Shown: in pieces, positions 50,079 to 60,654 of the stretch
Layout of the letters: each line of letters opens with the position of its first letter
Position numbering within the stretch: the first letter of the stretch is position 1
Source of the DNA: a virus
Lineage: Duplodnaviria; Caudoviricetes
IMG/VR virus record: IMGVR_UViG_3300028591_000104
Location: 86,487 to 150,486 of that record
Direction: 5' to 3' (one strand)
DNA length: 64,000 nucleotides
Notes under the pieces: generated by a model
Seen by the model: only the letters and a program-made list of their open reading frames with translations
What the model was told of the DNA's origin: nothing
The model's database searches: none
Translations under genes and position numbers: made by a program

Positions 50079-50658
50079 TCGCTGATACCTCCCTTAGAAC
50101 ACCCCAGTTAGAACTAATAGAACCATCTTCTGCTACCTTACGGCGCTTATATAGACGTTGATAATGAAAGTCCTGTCTCTGACACTCAGTTAACAAGGCT
50201 AGTAACTTTGATAAATGATTTGCCTGAGAAGTAAATTTAAAATCACTTCCACTCTATTTCATTCTGGTATTCTCAATAGAAGTAACTTGGCGCTGAAGCC
50301 AGCCGCATTTCATGATTAAAGCTAAAATAAAAATTTCTTCTGAAGTAAGGTCAGCCGCGAAAGTGCTACGCTCAACAATAACTTTTGCTACTGTTGGGTC
50401 ACCTTCTTGCCCCGGCTCTAACTCATTCCATATAATACCAATTACAAAATCATTTTCAGTTAAATCTTTTTCATCAATAACTTCTGTTTCAATGGTATAA
50501 TCAGTAAGATTTTTTCTTGGAAATTCAAATCTCGGTATACCATTAAGTAATAAATTCTGTAAATCTTTTAAAGTATCCTCTGGTGTAAGCTCGACCTACA
50601 TATCATCAGTAATCTGGTCTAGGAAAGCATTATATACTTTAGTAAAACTTGTTGCCAT
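50068..50658 (-). CDS. Putative head-tail adaptor missing from the ORF track, 196 aa (1 TAG)
   Basis: AAAGGAG RBS. MATSFTKVYNAFLDQITDDM*VELT...FEFPR...DFKFTSQANHLSKL. TAG at 50596. Confidence 0.75.
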
Positions 50659-50683
50659 AATATAACGCTCCTTTCAAAAATGA

Positions 50684-51247
50684 TTACTTACTAGGTGTTA
50701 CTACTCTACGTCCTGTCGTAGTCTTTTTAGGCTCTGAAACAACTCTTCTTGTAGGAGTCTTTGCCTCTTCAGGCTTTTCTTCTTTCTCTTCTTCTACGTG
50801 TCTAATTGCGGCAGCCGCATCAAATCCTGTCTGCTCTTTAATTGCTTCTAGCTTACGAGTATCTGTAACAGGAAGAGAAACTGCATATTTCTTAATCAAA
50901 TCGATTACTCCTGTTGGAGCAAAATCAAGACAATCAAGGAAAGCATCAAAATTATCTGGTGTTGCAGGATTTAATAAATTAATTATATCCTGCTCTGAAT
51001 AATTATATTCAAGCTGAGGCTCGCCAAAATCTAAATCTTTAATGTCAGCCTCACTAAGCTGTAAATATTGCTTAAGAATTGTCTCTCCTCCAGGCTGATA
51101 AGAATAATCTTTCATATCCGCAAAAGTTAGAGAATTAACAACCTGACCAGGCTGTAGAGTAAGTTTTATATTTCTATTAGGTATATTGATTATAACTGTA
51201 GCTGCACTACGATTTTTAACCAATATTTTTCTGTTTTCATCTTCCAT
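50684..51247 (-). CDS. Hypothetical protein downstream of the capsid gene
   Basis: 187-aa ORF with AAGGAG RBS. Confidence 0.7.
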   Translation of the reverse strand: MEDENRKILVKNRSAATVIINIPNRNIKLTLQPGQVVNSLTFADMKDYSYQPGGETILKQYLQLSEADIKDLDFGEPQLEYNYSEQDIINLLNPATPDNFDAFLDCLDFAPTGVIDLIKKYAVSLPVTDTRKLEAIKEQTGFDAAAAIRHVEEEKEEKPEEAKTPTRRVVSEPKKTTTGRRVVTPSK

Positions 51248-51274
51248 AATTTTTCTCCTTTGTCTCTTAAAAAT

Positions 51275-51306
51275 AAAAAAACGGGAGGGAGGTTAGTCCC
51301 TCCCGC
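51275..51306 (-). terminator. Intrinsic terminator after the major capsid gene
   Basis: CGGGAGGGA-loop-TCCCTCCCG with a U-tract on the minus strand. Confidence 0.85.
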
Positions 51307-51317
51307 TTTAATTTAAA

Positions 51318-52415
51318 TCAGCTCTCTGAATTATTAACATCAACAGGGAAACTCATTGTTGTAGCGAAGTTCCAGTTAGTAATTGTCTTGTCAAGAGATG
51401 TATCTCTGTAGCAGCAAATGTCGTTAGCAAGCATAGCAACTACACCAATCTTCTTGTACATATGAAGCTCTCTGCTCCAATCATCATTACTATCAACTTC
51501 CTTAACAGCTGTATCGCCTTCGATAACAACCTTTACAGGCTTATTATCAGCGCCATTAGGGATAATCCATACATAAGAAGGATCAAGAGCCTTTGCGCTA
51601 TTTGTTTCATCAGCTACAACATTAGAGAAGATAACTACTCTATGTCCCTTATAACCCTGAAGGTGACCAGAAGTCCATACTTCTTCCTTCATTCTGTCAG
51701 AGTATCTCCAAGCCTCAGCAGGAATCATCTTACGAGCAAATTCATCGAAGCAATAAATTGTAGCATCACCATAGGAATCAGCGATAACAAGCAACTTATC
51801 AAAATCAGCCTCAGAGAAACCAGTTGTAACAACGACATTGTTTGTAGGAAGCTGTGTAATAGCAGCCTTCAAAGAAGCCTCGATTTCATAGGCGATAAGG
51901 TCATCCATTCCCTCAAGTACAATGTTAAGCATTTCTGCCCAATCTACTCTACCGTCAAGGAATTCCTCAAAACCGATCTGAATAGCTGTACCAATAGCAG
52001 ATGTAGGAACTTCAAAGCTCTCACCAGCTGCCATCTTCCAAACTTCGTAACGTCCAGCAAGACCAACTCTTGTAACGAACTGCTTTGCTCTTAGACGGTT
52101 ATTAACCTTTCTACGGAACAAGGGCTTATCACCCTGGCCAACTACTTTAATCTCAGCAAGACCAGAATAAATATCCTGAGCTCTCTTAGGAAGTACTTCA
52201 TCAATTGTCTCTTCGATAATAGCGAAGATTGTATTCTTATTTTCACGATAAGAACGATTATCACCAGCAAGAGCACTTAACTCAGTATAAAGAGTTTCAT
52301 TAAGCTCAGCGTATGAAAAATTCTTACCTTCATAGCTATATGCAACGGGAGCAGAAGGAGTAGCTTTTGCAGCTGCAATAGCTAAAGCAACTAAATTCTT
52401 TTTATCTAAAGCCAT
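51318..52415 (-). CDS. Major capsid protein
   Basis: 365 aa, follows the scaffold and decoration genes, is followed by a strong terminator and shows codon bias typical of high expression. No TAG. Confidence 0.75.
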   Translation of the reverse strand: MALDKKNLVALAIAAAKATPSAPVAYSYEGKNFSYAELNETLYTELSALAGDNRSYRENKNTIFAIIEETIDEVLPKRAQDIYSGLAEIKVVGQGDKPLFRRKVNNRLRAKQFVTRVGLAGRYEVWKMAAGESFEVPTSAIGTAIQIGFEEFLDGRVDWAEMLNIVLEGMDDLIAYEIEASLKAAITQLPTNNVVVTTGFSEADFDKLLVIADSYGDATIYCFDEFARKMIPAEAWRYSDRMKEEVWTSGHLQGYKGHRVVIFSNVVADETNSAKALDPSYVWIIPNGADNKPVKVVIEGDTAVKEVDSNDDWSRELHMYKKIGVVAMLANDICCYRDTSLDKTITNWNFATTMSFPVDVNNSES

Positions 52416-52432
52416 TTTCTTTTCTCCTTTCC

Positions 52433-53110
52433 TTATGCAATTCTCATAATCTTAACGCCCTTCTGGCCATCGGGCATTGTGTAAACCTTAACTACCTGCC
52501 ATACATCAGATGTAGCAGCAGATGCGCCAGTCTTTGTAAGGTATCCATCTGTACCAACAGTAAGTAAGTCTGTTACTGCAAGTGTTGTTTCCTTAATAGT
52601 ATTTGTTGTGAAAATATCACCAACTACTGTACCAAATACTCTAGGAACCATTGTTGTGCCTGCAGGCATATTCAAAGGCTGTGAGTACTTAGTAATAGAG
52701 AAAGGTGTAGCTGTGCTATCTACCTCATAAGGATCAGCGGGAGTTGTGATTGAAGAATAATCACGAGCCTGAGCTGATGCAGCAGAGCTTCCATCTACAG
52801 GGCTATAAACCTTAGCCGCATAATTTGATTTTAACATAGCGAAATCACAATCTGATTCGCCAGGTCTATAAACTTTTACTTCGTTATAAACGAGCATCCA
52901 GGCACCTGTATCACCTGTAGTGCCAAAATTAACTTCTCCGCGAGCGTAATCATACTTTACGAACTGACCATTCTCAAGCATATCAATATTTGGGTTGGCA
53001 GGAAGCTGAGCATAAATCTGACCATTTTTCTGAGCAGAAAGATGGTTAGGCTCAACCTGACCGTAGCCACGCTCAACGTAAGTAGCATTACTTAATCTTG
53101 TTTTTGCCAT
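52433..53110 (-). CDS. Capsid-associated/decoration protein
   Basis: GYGQVEPNHLSAQ..GQIYAQLP and YTMPDGQ.GVK motifs. Located between scaffold and capsid genes. Confidence 0.6.
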   Translation of the reverse strand: MAKTRLSNATYVERGYGQVEPNHLSAQKNGQIYAQLPANPNIDMLENGQFVKYDYARGEVNFGTTGDTGAWMLVYNEVKVYRPGESDCDFAMLKSNYAAKVYSPVDGSSAASAQARDYSSITTPADPYEVDSTATPFSITKYSQPLNMPAGTTMVPRVFGTVVGDIFTTNTIKETTLAVTDLLTVGTDGYLTKTGASAATSDVWQVVKVYTMPDGQKGVKIMRIA

Positions 53111-53141
53111 TTTTCAAGTTTCCTCCTTATAAATTTTTTTC

Positions 53142-54410
53142 TTATTTCTTACTATGCTGCTCAACTGCTTTAATCCAAGCCGGTGTAGCATCGTAACTGT
53201 CATGCAAATTATAAACGGTAACATCATCTTCTTTTTCTGAATTATCAGAGAAACTAATACCTTTTCTAAAGCAAATAACGCATAATTTAGCTTCAATATC
53301 ATCTAAACTATAAGTATCAATATTACCAATTACATCTGCTTTATCTTCGTCAGAAAGCATATAAAATTTATCAATCATTTCTTGCTTTTCTGTACGTTCG
53401 ATACCTAACTTAAAAGCCTTTAATTCAGCAATTTCAGCTTTAAGACTTTCGTTCTCTTCCTGTAAAGCTGTAAACTCTTCTGCGCTAATAGCAGGAGTTT
53501 CTTCAACAGGAGCTTCTTCTTCAGCAGGTGCTTCCTCAGCAACTACTTCAGCTTCTTCTGTAGAAACTTCGGCTGGAGCTTCTTCTTCAACAGCAGGAGC
53601 TTCTTCCTCAATTTCTGCAGCAGCAGGTTCAGTAGCGCCTTCAGGCTGCTCTGCCGCAAATTCTTCAGTAACTTCAGGTGTATCAGTTACTTCTACTTCT
53701 GAAGTCTCAATTAATTCCTTATCCACTGATTCTCCTCCTTTACTTAGAATTTCTTTAATTTCACTAATCATAGAGAATAACTGTTCTTTAAAATTATTTT
53801 CTAATGAAAACTGAACTTTACCTTTGTAAATAGAAGCACCCTCAAAACAAGGTTCTACATCTTCGCCCAAAATGCAAAGAGCAGATATTACTGCTTCATT
53901 TATTATGAAAAATTCATAATATCCATTTTCATCTTTGGACCAAGTTCCTTGTAAACTTTTATTATCCAATTCCATAGATTGATTATTACCTTGTTCGATA
54001 ATTCTCTGCGTCTCTGGATAACGTCCTGTCCAAAGTAAACCTTCAGTCATGAGATATTCATGCTCAACACCATCATCTAGAAATTTCTGAAACCAGCATT
54101 GTGCATTCTCGGGAACAAAACCATAAGGCTGTGTTAAATCCTTAAATTTTAATTCGCCATCTTCAATAACCATCTCACGGCTATGTTCTTCAAAATCCTC
54201 TTTATCTTTTAAGTAACGACCTACAATAGGTGAACAAGGAAGGCTATTAGCCATTTCTGTAGCTACTTCCTTTGTAATAATAGATCCGTTACGGTTGGGG
54301 GTATCCCCAACGTAACAAACCTTTATTTGACATTTACTTACAAGAGGATTAATGGGAGTTACGTTAATGAACTCCGCAGGAGTATTCATTTTAATACTAA
54401 CATGCTTCAT
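53142..54410 (-). CDS. Prohead protease/scaffold protein
   Basis: NRNGS, QSMEL and LCILG.DVEPCFEGA motifs, followed by an acidic EEAPA-repeat linker and a coiled-coil. Confidence 0.7.
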   Translation of the reverse strand: MKHVSIKMNTPAEFINVTPINPLVSKCQIKVCYVGDTPNRNGSIITKEVATEMANSLPCSPIVGRYLKDKEDFEEHSREMVIEDGELKFKDLTQPYGFVPENAQCWFQKFLDDGVEHEYLMTEGLLWTGRYPETQRIIEQGNNQSMELDNKSLQGTWSKDENGYYEFFIINEAVISALCILGEDVEPCFEGASIYKGKVQFSLENNFKEQLFSMISEIKEILSKGGESVDKELIETSEVEVTDTPEVTEEFAAEQPEGATEPAAAEIEEEAPAVEEEAPAEVSTEEAEVVAEEAPAEEEAPVEETPAISAEEFTALQEENESLKAEIAELKAFKLGIERTEKQEMIDKFYMLSDEDKADVIGNIDTYSLDDIEAKLCVICFRKGISFSDNSEKEDDVTVYNLHDSYDATPAWIKAVEQHSKK

Positions 54411-54421
54411 TTTTTATCTCC

Positions 54422-56035
54422 TTATCCCATACTCTCTCTATTGGCAATTGTTTTATCGCTCTTTTCACTGTCTTCCTTTTCAGGACGTCCAGCTTGACCA
54501 TTAGATTCATCCATCAACTTAGTGCCTTTACTTCCAACCTCTTTAATAGTTTCAATATTCATTGTACTACTCATAAGAGGAGGTATCATAATAGCTGGCA
54601 AGTTCAAAATGTCATTCTCAAATACGACTGTATTCATAATCATAGATTGTGAATGTCCAAGAGCAATTTGAGGTAAACACTTCGAGAAACCAAGTTGAGT
54701 CTGTTCTTTATACATTTTAGCTAATTCTTTATAGTTATACTGAGTTGTTTCTAGCATGAAAAATCTGAAACCATATTTCTTATTATTCATACCTTTCTTC
54801 GTTTTCTGTCTAACTAATCTATCAAAAAAAGAACTAAATTGTAATACCATGGTTTTAACCTATGCTTCATCGTTTAAAATTGAGTTAGCTAAAGCAACAT
54901 TACCAGTAGAATTAAAAATGCTTTGAGGAGTACCAAAAGCATTATAAACAGTTCTTTCAACTCTTGCCAAATCATCATTAGAACTTGTAGTATTATCATC
55001 AGAAACATCAATCGAATCAACATCTGTAGGAGTAGTTAACACATCAACTCCAATAGCATTAGCTAGCATTTGAACTGCATTATTATGCAAATCTCTAGCT
55101 TCATCTACATCAAATATTAAATCACCATTTTTATCTCTTGGAAGTTTCTGAACAAAAACTTTTAAAAGTTTTTGTAACTGCTTGCGGCGGTCTAGGTCTT
55201 GTGCCGCGTCTAAATCGATGAGTTCGGGAATCGCAGAAGCGAACAGCGGCAAATCTCCTGAGCCAAGGCCAAAATCAAATTTAACTGTTGCTCCTTGGTC
55301 AAGTAACTACCAAGCTCCCAAACGACATCCATCACCATCGTGTTCAACTGGTATTTTACCTTCTTTGTAAAGTTGATAACCCTTTTTAAACTCTTTAGGG
55401 AACATATTTAAAACTTTTAAACGATAGATAGGATCGGAAAACGCTATATCAAACCATCTCATATCAAATTCAATAGCAGGTAACGGTCCTCTATTATATC
55501 TTGTACGGCAATATTTTCTAGGTAACTCTTGGAGCACAAACCCTTCAGAACCCTCAACAACATAGCCGTAATAACAACCATACTTTATAACATTTAAAGC
55601 TATAACAGCACAAGTTTTTTTAATATAACTATCATCTAAATATCTAAGTAATTCTCTGAAATCTTTCTTTACTTTATCTTCTTTTATCTTATCAGAGTCT
55701 GTGTATAACTCTGCACTAATATACCAGTCATATCTATACATTGTAGCAAAATAGCAACACACTCTTTGATAAATACCATTGGTAATAAAGAAGTAATCTG
55801 AAATTTCTCTTAAAGCTTCTGCATTTTTTTGTTGTAATGCTTGTAATACATAAGCCTTATTACCCAACATATTTCTTGTTTCTGGTTTATTATACTTCCC
55901 TAAATTTATAGTAGCATCATCAAGTTTTTTAACATCGACTTTGATAGAGCCAAAATCAACGTTGGGATTAGAAGTGTCGTTTGATCGATATAAATTAAAT
56001 CCTTTTTCATGGATTTCTTGCTGTCTATCTTCCAA
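54422..56035 (-). CDS. Portal protein, 537 aa (2 TAG)
   Basis: Three in-frame fragments joined by TAG at 55307 and 54860. C-terminal PPLMSST and GRP motifs. Positioned between terminase and protease. Confidence 0.75.
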
Positions 56036-56049
56036 AGTGTCACCTCCTT

Positions 56050-56418
56050 TTAGTACCCGGCTTTTCTCATAATATAATCATAAGATAATAATACTTCTTC
56101 AGTATAAGGTATTATAACTAATTTTATATTATGTAAACCGCAATATCTTACTTTTAAGTTATCATTATATTGTTGGCGGTATAAACCAGTAGCTCCTCCA
56201 AATTTATTACTAGCTTCATAGTGCTGTTTTCCTTGATACTCTATCAAAAAATCTAAATTTCCATCGTCATCAAAAACCGCAAAATCAAATCTTAAAAGAG
56301 TACCATTGGGAGCTTTTAAATCTTCAAAACTATATTCTTCTTTAAAGTTCATTTCATTTTCTTTTAAAATTTCTTCTATTGTTATTTCTCCTCTAGAAGC
56401 TCTCAATGTTCTCACCAC
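56050..56418 (-). CDS. Small PD-(D/E)XK / DUF559-like endonuclease
   Basis: SRGE..IEEIL, LRFDFAV, LIEYQGKQHY and IKLVIIPY motifs. Confidence 0.7.
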   Translation of the reverse strand: MVRTLRASRGEITIEEILKENEMNFKEEYSFEDLKAPNGTLLRFDFAVFDDDGNLDFLIEYQGKQHYEASNKFGGATGLYRQQYNDNLKVRYCGLHNIKLVIIPYTEEVLLSYDYIMRKAGY

Positions 56419-56489
56419 CTTTTTAAATATAATTCAACTCTTTATATATTATATAAAAAATTGAAATAATAGTTTGTAAAATTTTGACC

Positions 56490-58229
56490 TTAGTTCATAA
56501 AACAAAAATCTGAAGCTTTAAATCTCTTTCTCTTTTTCTTACCTTCTGTTTCTCTAATATACCATAATCCATATTCAAAAGCTGAAAATTTATCTTTTTG
56601 GATGTTTTTATTAGCTTGTTTTAACAAAATATTCATACCTTGATTTTCTTCTCTTAAATTTAACATTTCATACTTTAGAATTGTTGTAAGTTCATAAGGC
56701 ATTAAATAAATCTTTCTCTGCTCAGGAGTCATATTTTTACCCATCATAGTACCTAATAATTTCTGTTTAGCAGTTCTTTCATCAATTAAGAATTTTACTT
56801 TGCCCGCGCTCATCTGCGTTACAACATTTGAATGACACTCTGTATTAATTTCCGCATTAGCTTTCATAATATACATTGCATCATCTTCTGTACGAGGAGT
56901 TCTATACTTTTTATATTCTCCGTCTTTATCATTCTGAACACCAAAGTCTGGATAATTCTCACCAGTTTCTGGGTCATCCTGACTTTTAACCATCGCGTCT
57001 ACAAGACCTTGACCAAGACCATTACCATCGACTAAAATTGTTCTTGCGTGATATTTATAAAATAATCTTTTAAGAACAACTGCTTGATCCAATAGGTTCT
57101 CATCATTAATAACATAAATATTTACTAAGTTGGTTATGGGCGCGCCAACCTCCTGCGGCCGCACCTTAAACACACATACTACAGTATCACATTTGATACG
57201 ACCTACGTCGCAAGCAAGAATATAATAACTTCTATCACTAGAACGTCCGCTATATTCATATTCTGGCTTTTGGAGTGTACGATTTCTTTCAAAAGCATCT
57301 CCATTAAAGAATGAACCTTCAACAACGCCCGTCCACATAGATTCATATTCTCTTTGGAAACTTGCTTCATCATAAGTAGTATCTCGTTTTAAGTCCTGAA
57401 TAAAGCTCTTATCTTGAAGCCCCATCAGAACTGGTATTCTCCAAGTACCGCCCATAATAAATGCTTTTTCTGGTTCAACTACCATCCATACAAGATACTG
57501 TATCAATTTAGTATAACTAAAAGTAGATTTATAACCTGCTGTAGTAATCCAAACTTGAGATTTATTTAAAGGTTCTTTATCGTATTTTTGTCCATTCATC
57601 GCCTGTCGAGATACGTTCATCATAGGAATAATTACCTGGGATAGAATAGTACCATCAACACCAACGCATTCCTCGACTACACCCCCGTGTCTTCTTTTAC
57701 CTCTTGACTTTTCACTAGCAGGGACATTATCAAACTATGAACCATTTTTAAATCTATAAATTACATAGTCTTTACCAATACGAGTCTTACCAGGTCTCCA
57801 GTCAATCTCACGTGCCAGATTAGGTACCATTGAGCAAAGCTCATCTACCTTCTCTTTAACAATGCCCGCAGACTGTTCCTTACCTCCAGAAGTAACGAAT
57901 AACTTGGCACCTGGATATAAAATACATTTAATTATTAAACTTAAAACAGTTAAGAAAGATTTAGAATAAGCTCTAGGAAAAACAAAATAAGTCTAACGAT
58001 ATCTTAAACATACTCTTAAAAAAACTCTTTGATAAAAGAAAAACTTTAATCCATCTTTAGGTACTTCTCCATTTTCTCCCTTTTGGAGGAAATCTATAAA
58101 TAAATCTGGATAAGCCTTCCAAAAACTAATGTATTGAGCAAGACGAGGCCGAATTGCTTCGAACCTCTCTTCACTCATACCTATTTTTTTATTCATAGAG
58201 GAAGTATTAAGTAAGTCTTGTAATCCCAT
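56490..58229 (-). CDS. Terminase large subunit, 579 aa (2 TAG)
   Basis: FPRAYSKSF (Walker A-like), RGKRRHGGVVEE (Walker B), ITTAG, FQREYES, CDVGR, VDGNGLG and KDKFSA motifs. TAG at 57993 and 57735. Confidence 0.9.
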
Positions 58230-59492
58230 TTAATCTTCCCCCTTCTTTTTCTTTTTAATGTTTACAACTGATGGTTTCTTTTTCTTCTCATTAGCTTTGA
58301 TTTCTTTCTTTATTTCTTGTTTTTTCTCTTGTAAACTTAGATTATCTGATTTTTCTAGCTCTTCTTCAAATTCCCTAAACTTCACTATATCTTCGTCCGT
58401 GACCGTGTCAGAGACCTCGTCCGCAAACAACTCTTGCTCGAAACCATCTTCATCAGCTTCTTTATCTTCTTCTCTTTCCCTATCTTCTTCAATATCTTTA
58501 AGTGCTTTATCAAGTAAGTCAGCCAAATTCATTTCTTCTGTAACAAGTTTCTTAACATAATTTTGATTATCTTTAATTACCCAATCTACTTTATCTTCTG
58601 GCTGTTCTGTGTAATAAACTGGAATAAATTCATGCTTTTCACACATCATAGCTATTTCACCAATAGAATCAACAAATTCACCAGATTCAGCCTTATTTTG
58701 CGCGGCAGTGAACTTACCAGATTTCATTAATGTATCATAAGCACGAGTCATTTTTAAAGCACCATCTACATCACCTATATCCAACAGCTGATTAGCTTTT
58801 AAGCTGGTCTTACATATCATTTTTAAAGTATCTATGTGACCTGCGGTCTGAATATCGTAAGAAGCCATCATATCATTATAAAGTTGTTCAAGTTGAACAT
58901 ATTCAAAGGGACGGTAATTACGTCCCCACTTTAGTCTAAGATATGTTAAATCTTCTTGAGTTAAATCTAATTCTAGATCTGAATCATCCGTACTTATAAA
59001 ACTGGCGCTGTCGGTGGTTTTGTTCTGCCCAAAGTTCTCTGGTTTTGGCGGTGCCTCGACCTGCCCGGCCGCAATCATTTCTTGAATTTCACTTTCGGAC
59101 TATTTACCTTGTCTTTCAAGAGCTTCTCTTTTTTCTTTTTCATCAATCTTTTGAAGTGTTTCACTATCTGCGAAACGATATTTCTTAAATTGATTAAGTT
59201 TCATTTTAGCTAACTACTTACCAATAATGGTAGTAGGAGTCATTTTTTCAGGGTTTCCCGCATAATTAGCTAATAATCTATTCCATTCATTTGGAACATA
59301 AGGTACATCAACTTCTTCCAACAGAGGAACATAAGTTGCAGGGTCCCAATTATCAAGATGCGCCACAAAGCATTGTTTACATAAATCTACATGGCCATCT
59401 GGATATTTTTCTGTATTATTAGATTTATAAAAATCACTTATTTTTAATACTTTGCCGCATCTAACACAAAATTTAGTTTCTGTTTCTGCCAT
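58230..59492 (-). CDS. Zn-finger protein upstream of TerL (possible small terminase / DNA-binding), 420 aa (2 TAG)
   Basis: CVRC...CKQC at the N-terminus. TAG at 59214 and 59100. Abuts the TerL start. Confidence 0.65.
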
Positions 59493-59541
59493 TTTTATCT
59501 CTCCTTTCTTATATATTATTTTAAAAACTTAGGAGAGTTTT

Positions 59542-60615
59542 TTAGCTCTGGACCTTTTTCTTTTTACGATTTTTAGACCGACAGGTTTTGCACTGTGAAT
59601 AAAAACCATCCTTAGAAGTGGAATTGCGGTTGAAGAATCGTGGATGTGCAATGAGCACCCGGCCGCAGCAAGAACAAGTTTTATATGTTCCTTTTTCTTC
59701 ATACATCTACCAATAGTCAATGAAATTATCAGTTGCTTTTTCTGCTATTAATTCGGGGATTTTATTACAATAAATATTTGATATATATTCTGGTGTATAT
59801 TGTTTTCCAAATTCCGCATATAATTCTTGCGCTATTTCATTGTTGGACATGGAAGACCATTTATATTCGGTAATAGCTTGGTAGATAGGCTTATCTTCAA
59901 GGGCTTCAAATAAACAATTCTCAAAGTCCATAATTAAAAACCACATGTCATTGAACTTGCCCCAATTCTTTCCTTTTAGTTTGATGTAAGATTGAAGAAG
60001 TTCGCGGCAAAGAGATTTTTTCATAAGAGAAGCACCTTCGTAATGGATTGTACCGTCTGAGTCAATCCATTCTTTTACGGGATATTCTTGCGGCAAAGGT
60101 GCCTATGTGGGGGGCGATGAGCTTAGGTTAACGCCCTAGTGCATATCTCTGAGTTCATAACAAAGGGCCTTATCTTCGCGGAAGGCCTTGGCCGCAATCC
60201 ATGCGCGACGTCCGGTAGAACTTTTTTGAATTTCTTTCCAGAGTTGCGCTGCTTCAAGGCGGTCGCGCAAACCAGGAATTTCATCTAAATCTCTTTGTGT
60301 AATAGCACGTGGTTTTCTAGTAATTTTTTCATTTGTGACTGAACGAGATTGTGATAACGCTTCGATTGCATCTGCACCAGCTTCAAATTTGGCAGAAAGA
60401 GACTGATAGGAAGTTTCATGCTCTCTAATTACTTTCATACGGTTTTCAGTTGTAATTTTACGCTCACGAATTCGTTCTTGTTTATCTAAAGGGTAAACTA
60501 ACTAGTCAGCTAACCATTCTAATTCTTTTTCATTTGGATTAGGATTATCTTTTAAGTAGTTATTTACAAATTCTAATCTACCCTCTGATGTTTCTATTTT
60601 AGTATCTAAGAACAA
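59542..60615 (-). CDS. Putative transcriptional regulator (HTH-like region plus C-terminal Cys Zn-finger), 357 aa (4 TAG)
   Basis: TTG start with AAAGGAGG RBS. TAG at 60502, 60136, 60103 and 59707. MSNNEIAQEL..YISNI and CSCC...CKTC motifs. Confidence 0.6.
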
Positions 60616-60654
60616 GGTATTTTAACCTCCTTTCTATTTTCGTTCGGTAACTAT

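Noticed and set aside
51462-52094. Antisense and overlapping ORFs in the track (e.g. 51462-52094, 2389-2649, 20203-20508, 58258-58560, 61640-62047, 63433-63732)
   Set aside because: They are shadows of real genes on the opposite strand or of repeats, with no RBS or recognisable motifs.
1607-60615. Fragmented genes interpreted as pseudogenes of a decaying prophage
   Set aside because: All breaks are TAG and in frame, with no frameshifts or TAA/TGA breaks found. Catalytic motifs and RBSs are intact.
1607-60615. Standard code-15 recoding (TAG->Gln)
   Set aside because: Recognisable conserved positions call for Tyr (NrdD, RuvC-like, TerL, internal IYLVP paralog). One site, portal NDEA*V, is not obviously Tyr in homologs I recall, but it does not favour Gln either.
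1607-60615. Pyrrolysine insertion at TAG
   Set aside because: There are no pyl genes in the window, and the sites correspond to aromatic Tyr positions rather than Lys-like or methyltransferase sites.
1607-60615. Systematic sequencing miscall of TAT/TAC as TAG
   Set aside because: Flanking contexts share no motif, other error types are absent, and TAG is depleted as a true stop. A raw-read check is still advisable.
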